A DNA stretch of 64,000 bases from Macrostomum hystrix (taxonomy: Eukaryota > Animalia > Platyhelminthes): assembly GCA_950097015.1 (NCBI GenBank), contig CATNEN010000038.1:22010001-22074000 (forward strand), in the 5' to 3' direction. Under the pieces are notes generated by a model. The model was not told where the DNA came from. It ran no database searches and was given only the letters and a program-made list of their open reading frames with translations. Made by a program: the position numbers and the translations under genes. Numbering within the stretch: the stretch's first letter is position 1; each line of letters begins with the position of its first letter. Positions 1 to 11,300 of this stretch are shown here, piece after piece.

Positions 1-216
1 ATTCCAAAACTGGATAGTAACAGTGGACACAGTAGAAGTTGCTTCAGTTAAGGACACAGTTAAAGTTTAGTTGCTTTATTTGTACAATATTTTAGCACGT
101 TATAAGCATATAATGTTTATACTCAATACTTTTATATTTTAAATAACTTTTGCTTCCACTGAGCAAAGTAGTTCGATACTTTAACTGCTGAAAACTTGGA
201 AACGCCCGAATTGACA

Positions 217-3084
217 ATGGTAAGTTTAATTATGCGTGTATTAGTGACTAAAAAAGACTGTAAAAAAATTATTGAACTGCAGGGTGGCTTCAACTTTTTC
301 TTAGCTTAGCTCATCTACATTATGTTTGCAAAAGTAAATAAAGCTTGAAATAGCCACTAGGTCCTTTGTTAAGTTTGATTAATGTAGAGTGTATCTAAAT
401 GATTATTATTTTGCATTGACCAACTTTCGACAAAACTTGGTTATTTTTCCTACGCTTTGATATAGGTCCTTGGTACAGTATATAGTGAAAACTTTGAAAG
501 TTAATACTTTATTGTCTATTTACTCTGCTAACTTTTGTTTACATAATATTTATGCTATACCTATAATATTCATTTATAAACTTTTAGAAATTTGTAACAA
601 AATGTACTTAGCATACACATTTCCAGGCAAAAGAGCACATGCTTGTCACCTGGCTTAAAACCAGGCTTAATGAGGGTCGCTTTCAACGACTAGCCTGGGT
701 GGACAGGGATGCTGGCATCTTCACAATGTCCTGGATGCATCACAATAGCAGTTCATGGCAGGCGGAGGAATTCGAGGTATTCGACAAGTTTAGTTTAAAA
801 CCTTTAAAAAACTACCTTTTAAGTTTTTTTAATTAAAAAAATCTGTACAAACCTTTCTGCCGCCAGGTGTTTTTAGATTGGGAAAAATACAGTAATAGGA
901 ACAAGGCAAATAAAAAATTCAAACCCGATAACGGAAAAAGTGCAAAATTAGGCACCTGCAGCGATTGGACAGCTTGTAAGGCTCGACTGCGTTGCGCAAT
1001 CAACAAAAGCACGTGAGATTATCGTCATTTTCGTTTCTGTGACAAATTACACGATCCTCCTCCATGCGGACGACAATGATCCCAGTATCCCATATATGAT
1101 GCCATAAACACGGGAGCAGGATGCTGATAGGAAGAGGATAATATTCACAGGAAGGGGATAATCATCCCATAATATCACGGGGTAGGGGTAAAAATCGGTT
1201 AATAAAAGCTTCTAAAATCAGCCCTAAAACATTTCAGTCGAGTGAAGATCCTCGACAAGAAGCCGAAGGATGGCCGGCGAACATTCCAGCTGCTCGACTA
1301 TCAGAGTGAGCAGTCCAACTCAATGCAGCAGCGGCAGCGCCAGAAACTGCTGCAGCAACAGCAAAAGCAGCAGCAGCAACAACAGCGGGAGAGGCTGCAG
1401 AGGCTGAGCCAGGAGCTAGCCGACGCCATCGCTTGTGGTGGCTGCTGCTCCAGTTGGAATGACACAGAGGACGGCCTGTGGTTGTCCGATCCGTCTAGTC
1501 CATATCGGCACAGCTTCCTGTTGGTGCTTCATCACATGGAGCAGCGCCTGTTTTACAGACTAGTTAATTTCCCCCGCGGAGCTATCATATTGCCGGCTGA
1601 TGATAATCTGACTGAGGATCTGGGGTATGGATTTCTACATGAAATAAGCCGACAGCTGCTATTGCGCTGCGCATCTGAAGGCTGCGTACAGCTGTTCAGT
1701 CCATGGACTGGGGGGACGCCACACCCGCCAGCAATGCAGAGTTAAGTGTCTTGCTAAAGGAGACTAAATTGTTCCAGTGGAGTTGGGGATTGAACCCCCC
1801 ACCTTGAAGTCATTAGCCCGTAGCTCTCACCACCAGGATACAACCCCTTCAACATGGTGAGAATGAGTAAAAACCTTAATATGCATGGCCGCTTCACCCA
1901 GTCCATGGACTGAACAGCTGCTGTACGCAGCCTTCTGATGCGCCGCGCAATAGCTGCGGTTGTACCAGTGGCTGTAAATATCCATATAGCTGTATTTTAA
2001 AAGTAAATAATTCACGAGTGCATATTTCATGTGCAATTATATTTTGAAAGGCCTGAGTTCCCTGATGGCTCTTTCAGCTGTCAATCGCAGCTACAGCCAA
2101 TAATCAGGAGTCAACAGCGACGCTCCACAGACTGTCAAGATGTTGAAAACGTGCCCGTGTCTGTTCCAAGCAGTCTGGCGCGGCACACCCAAGTCCTGAG
2201 TAATATTCTCAGCAACTTAAAGGGCGGCATCGAACTCTGGACTACAAACTGTGCCAACAGCGGCGACACGGTCATTATGGCCAATAGAAAGTGAGTACTT
2301 ATTTTTTGTTTCGTTTTTAGGAAGCTGTTATCACTACTTTAAGTAGCTCGTAGCAGGCTGTAGTAATACTTGACTAAGCGGAAATTCGATGCAATCAAAA
2401 GACATTTTTTCTCTCTGCGGATGCTTAAATAGAATATCTACGATATGTACAGCCGCAGAGCTATTTCGCGGCGTATCTAACTAATGGTTTCGTACAACTG
2501 TGCATAAATCAGTCCATGGACTAAGGGAACGCTACACCCTCACCCTCAATTACCTCAGCTGATGCTGGTGCGTGCATTCTTACCAGCATTCGTGCATTCT
2601 TAAGGACCCAGAGTGTTCCAGTATAGTAGTATAGGAATCGAACCCCTGACCTTTAAGTCATGAGTCCGACGCTCTAATAACTTGGCTACAAACCCTGTCG
2701 CTTAATAAATTCTAAACAGTTTTTCAGAGAGACGTCAAATATATATATTTTAGGTGTCACACGAAAGTGTTCGTCTACCAAGCAGTGAACGGAATGTACA
2801 TCAGCTCCGAGGATAACGAGCTGCGCTATAATCAGCCGGAGTCCATATTCAGCGCCAACAGCTGGCTGCAGCTCACGAGCAGCCAGCGCAGCAGTCGCCA
2901 GCGCGGACTCTTCTCGCCTACAACTGGTTCATCAGCGTCGTCATCGACATCCGTGCGGCCGCATCTGCTGCTAACTTTCGGGCAGAAGCTGCGCTCCGGG
3001 CCGCACAGGCTGGTGCTGTGGGCTGAACTGCTGCACTTGAGCACCTGGGCTAAGACCGCCACGGCTGTGTCACAATGCTCATGA
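217..3084 (+). CDS. IRF: Interferon regulatory factor family transcription factor; predicted exons 217-219, 627-776, 867-1012, 1238-1624, 2051-2290, 2754-3084
   Basis: The spliced N-terminus (LVTWLK..LAWVD..FTMSWMHH..SWQ..FLDWEK..DWTACKARLRCAINKS..RTFQL) shows the tryptophan cluster and KxxxRCAxNKS motif of the IRF DNA-binding domain. The C-terminus (LKGGIELW..ANRKCHTKVFV..LLLTFGQ) resembles the IRF-association domain. All introns are GT-AG with matching phases. The ATG-only first exon is the least certain part. Confidence 0.88.
1648..1848 (-). mobile_element. tRNA-derived SINE copy in IRF intron 4
   Basis: The minus strand reads ggttgtatcctggtggtgagag (A box) ... ggttcaatcccc (B box) ... 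tagcaagacacttaac (CORE-like) ... cccagtccatggactgaacagctgtacgcagccttcagatgcgc. Homologous to 10053-10231. Confidence 0.8.
1897..1960 (+). mobile_element. SINE 3' tail fragment, inverted relative to 1648-1715
   Basis: cccagtccatggactgaacagctgctgtacgcagccttctgatgcgccgcgcaatagc is close to the reverse complement of 1650-1712. Confidence 0.75.
2495..2696 (-). mobile_element. Diverged tRNA-SINE copy in IRF intron 5
   Basis: The minus strand has gtagccaagttattagagcgtcggactcatgacttaaaggtcaggggttcgattcc (A/B boxes) and the agtccatggact tail. Confidence 0.7.
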
Positions 3085-3167
3085 TCATCTGCTTATTTGT
3101 GAATGAACATAACCAGGGGGAAAGGGGGCTGTGCCCCCTCAATAGCGCACCCAAAATCCTAAATCCT

Positions 3168-3348
3168 CCGCCCCAAATCTAAGATGGCGCCCTCCTCCCC
3201 AAATCCCAGATTGCTACCTCCTCCCCAAATCCCAGATGGCTTTTTCCACCCCAAATCCCAAATGGCGCTTTCCGCCCCAAATCCAAGATGGCGCCCTCTG
3301 CCCCAAATCCAATGCGGCGCCCTCCGCCCCAAATCCCAGATGGCGTCT
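3168..3348. repeat. ~26-bp tandem repeat (CCCCAAATCCCAGATGGCGCCCTCCG), ~7 copies, just 3' of IRF
   Basis: ccccaaatc recurs at ~3171, 3197, 3223, 3249, 3274, 3301 and 3327. Confidence 0.85.
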
Positions 3349-6300
3349 AAGAATGAAAATCCAAATTGAAATACTTAAAAAATGACAAAAAATCTAATTC
3401 GTTGTAGACAAACAATGTAAATCTTAATGGCAGCCATTGCTTCCCATAAACTATGTTGCATACTCCCGTGCTTATACACAAACCGTTTATTATAAGTCCA
3501 GTTTAACGTCAAATTTTTATGCTTAAATAACATTTTAATTTCATTACTTAGCCATACACAGATAAGACTCTCTGTTTCAGATGCAACTTCGTCATGTTTA
3601 CACAATTTGCTGCTCAAACTATCTAACTAGGGAACTTGTACAAGTGTATTTGCACATCCTTTTTTCAAGAATATGTTTACCAGAATAAATAACTACTGAT
3701 TATGTAGTGTTACTTTCTTGTGTATACCGTGTTACAAACCCACATATATATATAATTTTTATAATTATAATTATAATATATAAATCGCCATGTTTGAAGT
3801 ATTTTGGTGCTTACGAAACACAATTGACAGCCAAGTAGCCAGAAAGTTTTACTAGCTTTAACGTTTTAAGAGGAAAAACGTTTGCAAAAATGGTTTAACC
3901 CAGAAAACACATAAAATGGTTTTATGCAGAAAACACTTGTTGTACGTATTTAAGTCCAAGAAATCCTACATAATGGTTGTAGTGCATAATATGTATTAAC
4001 TTAAGGACTACAAAAAGTAACTTATCTGACGGACAAGCAATTTAAATTGGTATTTTTTATCGGAACTCTATAGCACTATACCATGGGACTTAAGGCGCGT
4101 TTAATATTTGAAGTTAAAGAGCGTGTAATAAATATATGCACAGAAAATGTTTAATAAAAAAAAAACTTTTAATCAAATAAATATTTCTGTCTTACCATTA
4201 GTAACAAATAAGAAAAAAACTTTTGTTTAAGCTAAGTTGACTTTTTGTTATTATAATGCTCAAGTTTTAAACAATCGTAAATTTTTAATTTTAAAAACAA
4301 ACAAATAAAAAAATCGTGGAAAACTTTCTGATATTTGTTTTCATAATATTTGTGCGTTATTACGCTTACACAATTCTTTTATGGTAAGTTATGCATACGA
4401 TAGCCCTAGTGTAATGCGAGAATTCGCCTCATTCATGTTAGTATGAGTAAGATATTAAGTTATATAACTTAAAAAGTTAAGTTAAGTTAAGTTAAGTTAT
4501 CCTAATAACTTAAAATATTAAGGTAAATACATAAATAATAAAAACTTGGCGAGTTACCTAGTGGGTAAACAATCAAGCTTGGAATTGCATCGTGGTAGTG
4601 TGTCTATTCGAGTTAGTCAAATTTACTTAAATATAAAATGTCTAGGACAGGGGCAGCTGAGGCGAATGCATACATTTCATTAACAGAACCTGGTGCATGT
4701 AATTTCTATAAAAATGACTGCTTCTGGTTAGTTAAATATATGCAAATTATTATAGACAAAAATATAATCTCAGTTATTCATAAGGGCCTTGCGAGATAAC
4801 AATGATTATAGTTTCTTTGCTAAGCTTTGCTTAAGCTTAAGTAGCTTGAATCTTGATATTTTTATTTTATTTTAAAACTTTTTCATTTGTAAGAACAACA
4901 TCTAGTACTAACAAAGCAATGTCGATGAAATGAAAAAGTCTAAGTTGACTTTAAGAATTAGAATGGGCTTTCAATTTCTAGCTTTTTCATGTAGTATTTT
5001 AATGACTTATGTCCTATTATATCATGTTTTTGGCTTACATAAAATATTAGCTGTTTCAATGTACACCTAGTTTATAAAGTCTAGTTTAGTTTATGAAATA
5101 TTTTTGATCTTAGACAATACATCATCAATTTTTGTCATCCTACATGTTTTTCATCAACTTTTCAGATTTAGCACTTTTTCATCTAGCCAATTGACAAATC
5201 TTGAAGTTAATGTTAGGTCAGTTTGTCATTTATCAATAGAAAGGACAGTGTTGACTTGATTTATAGTTGCCCATGTGTACAGTATACAAAAAACTGAAGG
5301 CAAACTGTAAGTGTGAGAACACTATGTGTGTGCCTGCAGTTCCTGGTGATTAAAAATGTTTATATTCAATAATTAAAATTATTATAACTCTAATTCCTAC
5401 CCTAAAAATAAATGTGATTGTTATAACACCATATAGATAGTTTGTAAACTTGTAGACAGACTACAAAAATCAAAGTAATGAAGTAATTATCAAAGAAAGC
5501 TACTAGGCTAGGCTTACTGATTTTTGAGGTGTTCAATTTCACAATTGAATTTCAAATTTTAATTTTTGTACAATGTATTAAAGCAGTAAAGACAAAGTGT
5601 TTGCAAGTCTTGGTATATAGTCTTGGTTTGCAAAGTGTCCAATAACCATATTTTAATTTTTAAGAAAGTGCTTAACTCTAGAGTACCTATACAGATTATA
5701 AGTAATTATCTTATAATCTTTCCATTATCTTGGGATCAATAAGTTATTTTTAATGCCCTATGTAAATATTTTTTATTTAAGCATGCTTCCAAGCAAGTAT
5801 CTCTCAGTTAAGCTGATAGCTAAATTATTGTTAATAACATATCTATATATATAAAAGTGAAAACTCTGTCTGTCTGTGTGTGTGCAACCTTTTGTCTTTA
5901 TAGACGCCGAAACCGCTCAACCAAATCGCACCAAACTTTGCACATACCTAAAACCACCTACGCTGAGTGCAATAGGCTACTCAAATTCCCGAAAAATCAT
6001 TTCCTTCCTGCTCAAAAGTGCAAAAAACTGCTCAAAAATCGTCAAAAAATCACTCAATTCGACATATCGTCGCCCCACTTTGTCAGATTTTCTCCAAATT
6101 TGATCCACTTACACTTTACATGTTTTCCAACAATGCTGTCAATTTTGAACATCTCTACTCAATCCAGAGCAAAGCTGCATCATCTCAAAGTGAGTCACTT
6201 TTTGTTTTCCGAGGACAGCCACCCCAACTCCCCTCCGCCACTCTGCGGGCCAAATTTTTTTACAGCCACCCCCCTCCCTTCCCCGGGCGCCGAAGCCCCA

Positions 6301-6459
6301 GACTGTACATTGTATTTCAAGCCGTGAATGTACACAGCCCAAACCCCTAGACTGTCTACTGGCCCCCAAGCAGCACTGAGACTGAGTGCGGTGAGTGCGG
6401 TGGCGTCCCAGTGCGCAGGGCTTTTTTGTAGCTAAAGTGAAAACTCTGTCTTTAGGCTC

Positions 6460-6630
6460 AAGGCTCAGGGACAGTCGCTGAAGGTGGCTGGCATCAACCT
6501 GGAGACTCCTTGCTTCTCGCATGGGCAGCTTTATGTCGCCTGCTCCCGTGTTGGAACTCCAGCTGGCCTATTCATTTTCGCACCAAGGGGAAGAATGAAG
6601 AATGTGGTGTATCCCCAGGCCTTGAGGTGA
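6460..6630 (+). pseudogene. Helitron RepHel PIF1-like helicase C-terminal fragment
   Basis: Translates to KAQGQSLKVAGINLETPCFSHGQLYVACSRVGTPAGLFIFAPRGRMKNVVYPQALR*, i.e. helicase motifs V/VI and the typical Helitron KNVVY terminus. Not present in the ORF track. Confidence 0.92.
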
Positions 6631-6782
6631 CTCGCAAGCAATTAATAGAAAAGTAGTCACGAATTGACCTTGACCTGTCTAACTCTGAACTCTGAAACAG
6701 TTTAATTTTGTTTCTTTGACATTGTTATTGTTATGCCATGGCTATTTTCCTTATGTATACGCGTGTACATGCATACTGTATA

Positions 6783-7057
6783 CAGAGGCAGATTTAGGGG
6801 GGGGGGCGGGGGGGCAGTCGCCCCCCTAAATTTTAATCATGGGAATAAGATGCCCCCACCAGGGGCGCCAGTCGCAGCACTGGCGCCCCTTTTCGGCCGC
6901 TGGCGCCCCTTTTTCAGCCGCTGGCTCCCGTTTTTCAGCCACTGGCGCCCTTTCTTGGCTCCTGGCACCCTTTTTCGGCCGCTGGCACCCCCTCTGTGAT
7001 TCTCATGGCGCTCCCCTGACAGACCGCCCCAAAACAAAATTCCTGGATCTGCCACTG
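6783..7057. mobile_element. hAT-type MITE nested in the Helitron
   Basis: Imperfect TIRs CAGAGGCAGATTTAGG / CCTGGATCTGCCACTG. Exact 8-bp TSD ACTGTATA (6775-6782 and 7058-7065). Internal tggcgccc repeats. Confidence 0.9.
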
Positions 7058-8399
7058 ACTGTATAGAGGAGTGGCTAAGAGACATGTTTCTAAAGAAGTA
7101 ATCAAGAGGGGGCTGTTTGGACAAACTTTTCACTTATTTTTTACTTAAAACCCCCTTAAACAAACTCTTCACTTTTCATTCATGCAGTAAATAAATAAAT
7201 GGTGACCTTCACTATAAAGTTAATACAGAGACGTGAATTGCTTACTGCTTTGCTTTAAATTTCTGCCCCAAAAACAACGGGCAAAAAAAGCTAGTATTAT
7301 AATATTTTTGACTAGTTGAGTATTTTGACAATTGTATACATGCTATATTAGTATTTCCTTAGCTCTTTTAACATCTCTCTCTCTGTCTTAATATAATAGT
7401 CATAATGTTTTCAAAAAAAATTAATTCAAGTATGTATTGAACATACTTTTGAAGAATTTGAATTACTAAAAATTGTTATATTTCATTTCTTTACTTTACT
7501 TTAATTAATTATTAAACCCCCCTCAGTGTATTTTAACAAATTTGCAGATTGAAACTATTTAGTTTATGCGCAATAAAATGGTGCAATTAAAGCAAATATT
7601 TGCATAGTAAAGCTATTTTGTTAGAGCTATTCTAAGAAACCTACAACTATAGACCCCACTGTCAAGGTACCTTTTTGTATATAACAAAAGCTTTTAAATC
7701 TTACTTTTACATAATTAAATTAAAATAAGTGTTAATTTTGATGTACCCCACAAGTAATAGATTTTTATTGGAAACTAAAATTTTAATGCTATTTCCCATG
7801 TAAATTCTTAATTAGGTAGTTTTCTACTTGAATATTCCAGTTTATTCTAATGCCACTGTTTAGTTTTTGAGAGCTAGATAATTTGTCGCATGACATCATT
7901 TGTGTGCATTTTTTGTTTTACTTGTTTTAAGTGAAACAACATTTAGAGCAGTAAGTTTTACAATATCCTGTTGCCTTCGGCAAAAAATGAGATAAGCAAA
8001 ATTAATTATTTAAAAATTAGTTGATTTAATTTTTAGGTTAACATACTGTATCTTTTAAAGTACTGATACATGAATATTTAGAGTGATGAAATTGTTCTTA
8101 ATATTGTAATATTGTAACCAAATTAAAAAGTTTGAGATGAAATCAAATGAGTCAAAGCCATTGGATTATATATACTAAACTCTAAGGATTCAATTAAAAA
8201 AATCTTCACAACAGTTAATTTGTATTTTAAATCTTTTCCTAATTATGCTTGCATACTATAACAAATATATACATAAGTCTTTAGTCTAAACAGAAGTATA
8301 CTTAAATTATTAGCAATTTTTTGTTTAATATTTCGTTGTATTTAGGAATTACATTTTTACTCTGTCTACTAATAGTAGCATAAAAAATTCACATTTCAG

Positions 8400-11300
8400 G
8401 TTGAGCTAAGCCAACCGTCCGGTCCAACGCTGGCTGCCACCACCAACACCGCCGGCGTTGTTCTCGGCGTTGTCGGCGGCGACGGTCCGCCTGGCGGAGC
8501 TAAGCGCGCCAGGCGCGGCCCGAGACCGCACGAAATGGAGGACGAAGATAGTTCCCTATTTGCCATTGTTAAACAGGGTCGAGGAGCTCTGCAACAGATC
8601 GCTGACGAATGGATTCAACAGTACAAGCAGGATAGGGATGCCGCCCTAGTCCGCTTATTGCAATTCTTCATTAGTAGTAGCGGTTGCAAGGGGCGCATCA
8701 CCATGGAGATGTACCTGAACGATAGCTACACGGAGATTATACGCAAGATGACGGAGCAATTTGATGAAGATAGCGGCGAATATCCTTTAATCATGACTGG
8801 ACCAGTGTGGCGTAAATTTCGTTCCAGCTTTGTAGATTTTATCACCATCCTGATTCGCCAGTGCCAGTACAGCGTTATCTACGATCAGTTCATGACGGAC
8901 ACTGTCATCTCGTTGCTAACTGGCTTAACCGATTCTCAGGTGCGAGCATTTCGTCACACTAGCACTCTGGCCGCTGTGAAACTAGTTACAGCCCTAGTTG
9001 AAGTGTCGCTCAGTGTGTCTATTAATCTAGATAATACCCAGCGTCAGTACGATGCCGAACGATTGAAAGCGCAGAATCGTCGAGCTCACGACAGGCTGGA
9101 CGGCTTATTGAAGAATAGACAGAAATTGCAAGAGAATCTAGAAGAGATCAAGACTATGATCACCTACCTGTTCAAGGGAGTGTTCATTCATCGCTATCGC
9201 GACGCTCAAGCGGAAATTCGCACCATCTGCATCCAAGAGATTGGCCAATGGATGAAGAAGATGCCGAATGTCTTCTTAGAAGATTCTTATTTAAAGTACG
9301 TCGGCTGGACATTGTACGATCGCGTAGCCGAGGTCCGCCTAACCTGTCTGAAATCGCTCCAGCCGCTGTACGAAGATCCTAACGCTGTTAGCAAGTTGGA
9401 ATTGTTTAGCAGCAGATTTAAGTCCCGCATCCTAGACATGACTCTAGACAAAGATAGCGAAGTAGCCGTCGAAGCTGTTCGCTGTGTCACCTGTATGCTG
9501 CGCAATCTAGATAGAATCTTAGACGACAAAGACGCCGAGAATATTTACGAACTGGTGTACTCCAGCCATCGGCCATTGGCTGTTGCCGCTGCCGAATTTC
9601 TCAATTTGAAACTGTTCCAACTAGACGAGCACGCGCCCCAGTTGCGCACTAAGAAGGGCAAGAAACGCAGCCAAAACACTGTCCTGCTGCGCGATCTAGT
9701 CCAATTCTTTATCGAGTCCGAATTAAATGAGCACGCCGCTTATTTAGTTGACAGCTTCTTTGACATCAACGACATGCTGCGCGACTGGGAGGCCATGATT
9801 GATCTGCTTCTAGAGGAGCCTGGCCGCGGCGAGGAGCCGCTTGGTGACCTTCAGGAGTCCTCTCTAATTGAAATCCTCGCCTGCTGCGCGCGTCAGGCCG
9901 CCACAGGCGAAAGTCCGGTCGGGCGTCAGGCTGGCAGGAAACAGATGACTAATCGAGAGATGCGACAGGTAAGTCTGGGAGATAAACTTGGAAGTAAACA
10001 ACAAGGGTAAACGGCACACACTAATTTTCTAAGTGAATTTTTTCGTATGAAGAGGTTGTTGCCTTGTGGTTAGGGTGTCAGACTCACGAATTCAAGGTCA
10101 GGGGTTCGAGTCCCGACTCTACTGGAACAATTTGTTAGCTTTAGCTTAGCTTAGCACCCAGTAATTGAGGGTAGGTGTGGCGTCCCCCCAGTCTATGGAC
10201 TTAACAGCCGTACGCAGCCTTCAAATGCGCCTCTTATAATTATTATTTCTATTTAAATAAAACAGGTGCAAGAGGACAAGCAGAAGCTCACTGAGCACCT
10301 CATTCCAACGCTGGCCCAACTGATCCTAAAATATGGCGAAGACACTGGCAAGATGCTCAACCTATTGTCTCTAGTGCAGTACATGGATCTCGATATGTTT
10401 GTCAGCACTCGCCAGGAAAAGCATCTGGATCTGCTGCTAAAGTACATGCAAGAGTCCATCGTTAAGCACACCGAAACCGAAGTCCTGCTAGCGTTTGCTC
10501 GAGTATTCGAATCTGTAACCCAAGAGGACTTGCAAATTGGCAGCAAATGCTTGGCCGTTCTCAACACTCTCATTGACAGACTAGTGGAGTCCTATAAGCA
10601 GGCCTATTTGAATTATTTTCAAGAGGAACGACCAGACGAAGACGACAAGTACGCGCTACTGTCGGCATTGAAGAGAATATTTGCTTTCTACTCTTATCAC
10701 GATCTGACTTCGTGGGATCTGTGGATCAGTCTGCTAACAATTTTCCGTTCGGCTCAGGAGCGGCCGTTCTATTACGAAGAGGTGGTTGCTAGGGGCATCG
10801 GTTGCGCAAATTTTGCCCTGTACTGGCAGCAGTATCGCCAGATGAAGGAAGGCCGGCCGGACAAGAATGAACAGAAAGATTTAAAGAAATGCGTGGAACA
10901 ATTCTTCCAGGTGAGACGGGGTAAAATCAATGATGGAAGGACAGTTGATGTTTGGGACTGACTGAATGACAGGTGGTTTTAATTTATCGGGAATTGTGGT
11001 AGGATTATCGAAAACAGTAGTGGGATTATCGGAAATGGTTGTAGGATTATCAATAATCATAATAGGATTATCAACAATCATAATAGGATTATCAACAATC
11101 ATAATAGGATTATCAACAATCATAATAGGATTATCAATATATTTAATAGGATTATCGATAATCATAATAGGATTATCAACAATCATAATAGGATTATCAA
11201 CAATCGTAATAGGATTATCAATAATTATAATAGGATTATCAACAATCATAATGGGATTATCAATAATTATAATAGGATTATCAACAATCATAATAGGATT

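Larger units (their letters stand above)
5842..7294 (+). mobile_element. Non-autonomous Helitron
   Basis: 5' end A|TCTATATATATAAAA at 5842. 3' hairpin tgccc...gggca followed by CTAG|T at 7291-7295 (A-T target). Internal PIF1 helicase C-terminal remnant. Confidence 0.85.

Noticed and set aside
1625-1745. 3' part of ORF 1242-1745 as IRF coding sequence
   Set aside because: It is intron 4 read-through into an antisense SINE; the donor at 1625 matches the phase of the next exon.
4638-5216. Candidate upstream STAG coding exons (ATG at ~4638 or ~4714; exon ~5166-5216)
   Set aside because: The joins tried give in-frame stops and there is no recognisable homology; they may be UTR exons.
10053-10125. 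tRNA gene (also 49530-49598)
   Set aside because: A/B boxes are present but the cloverleaf stems are imperfect and each copy continues into the shared SINE body.
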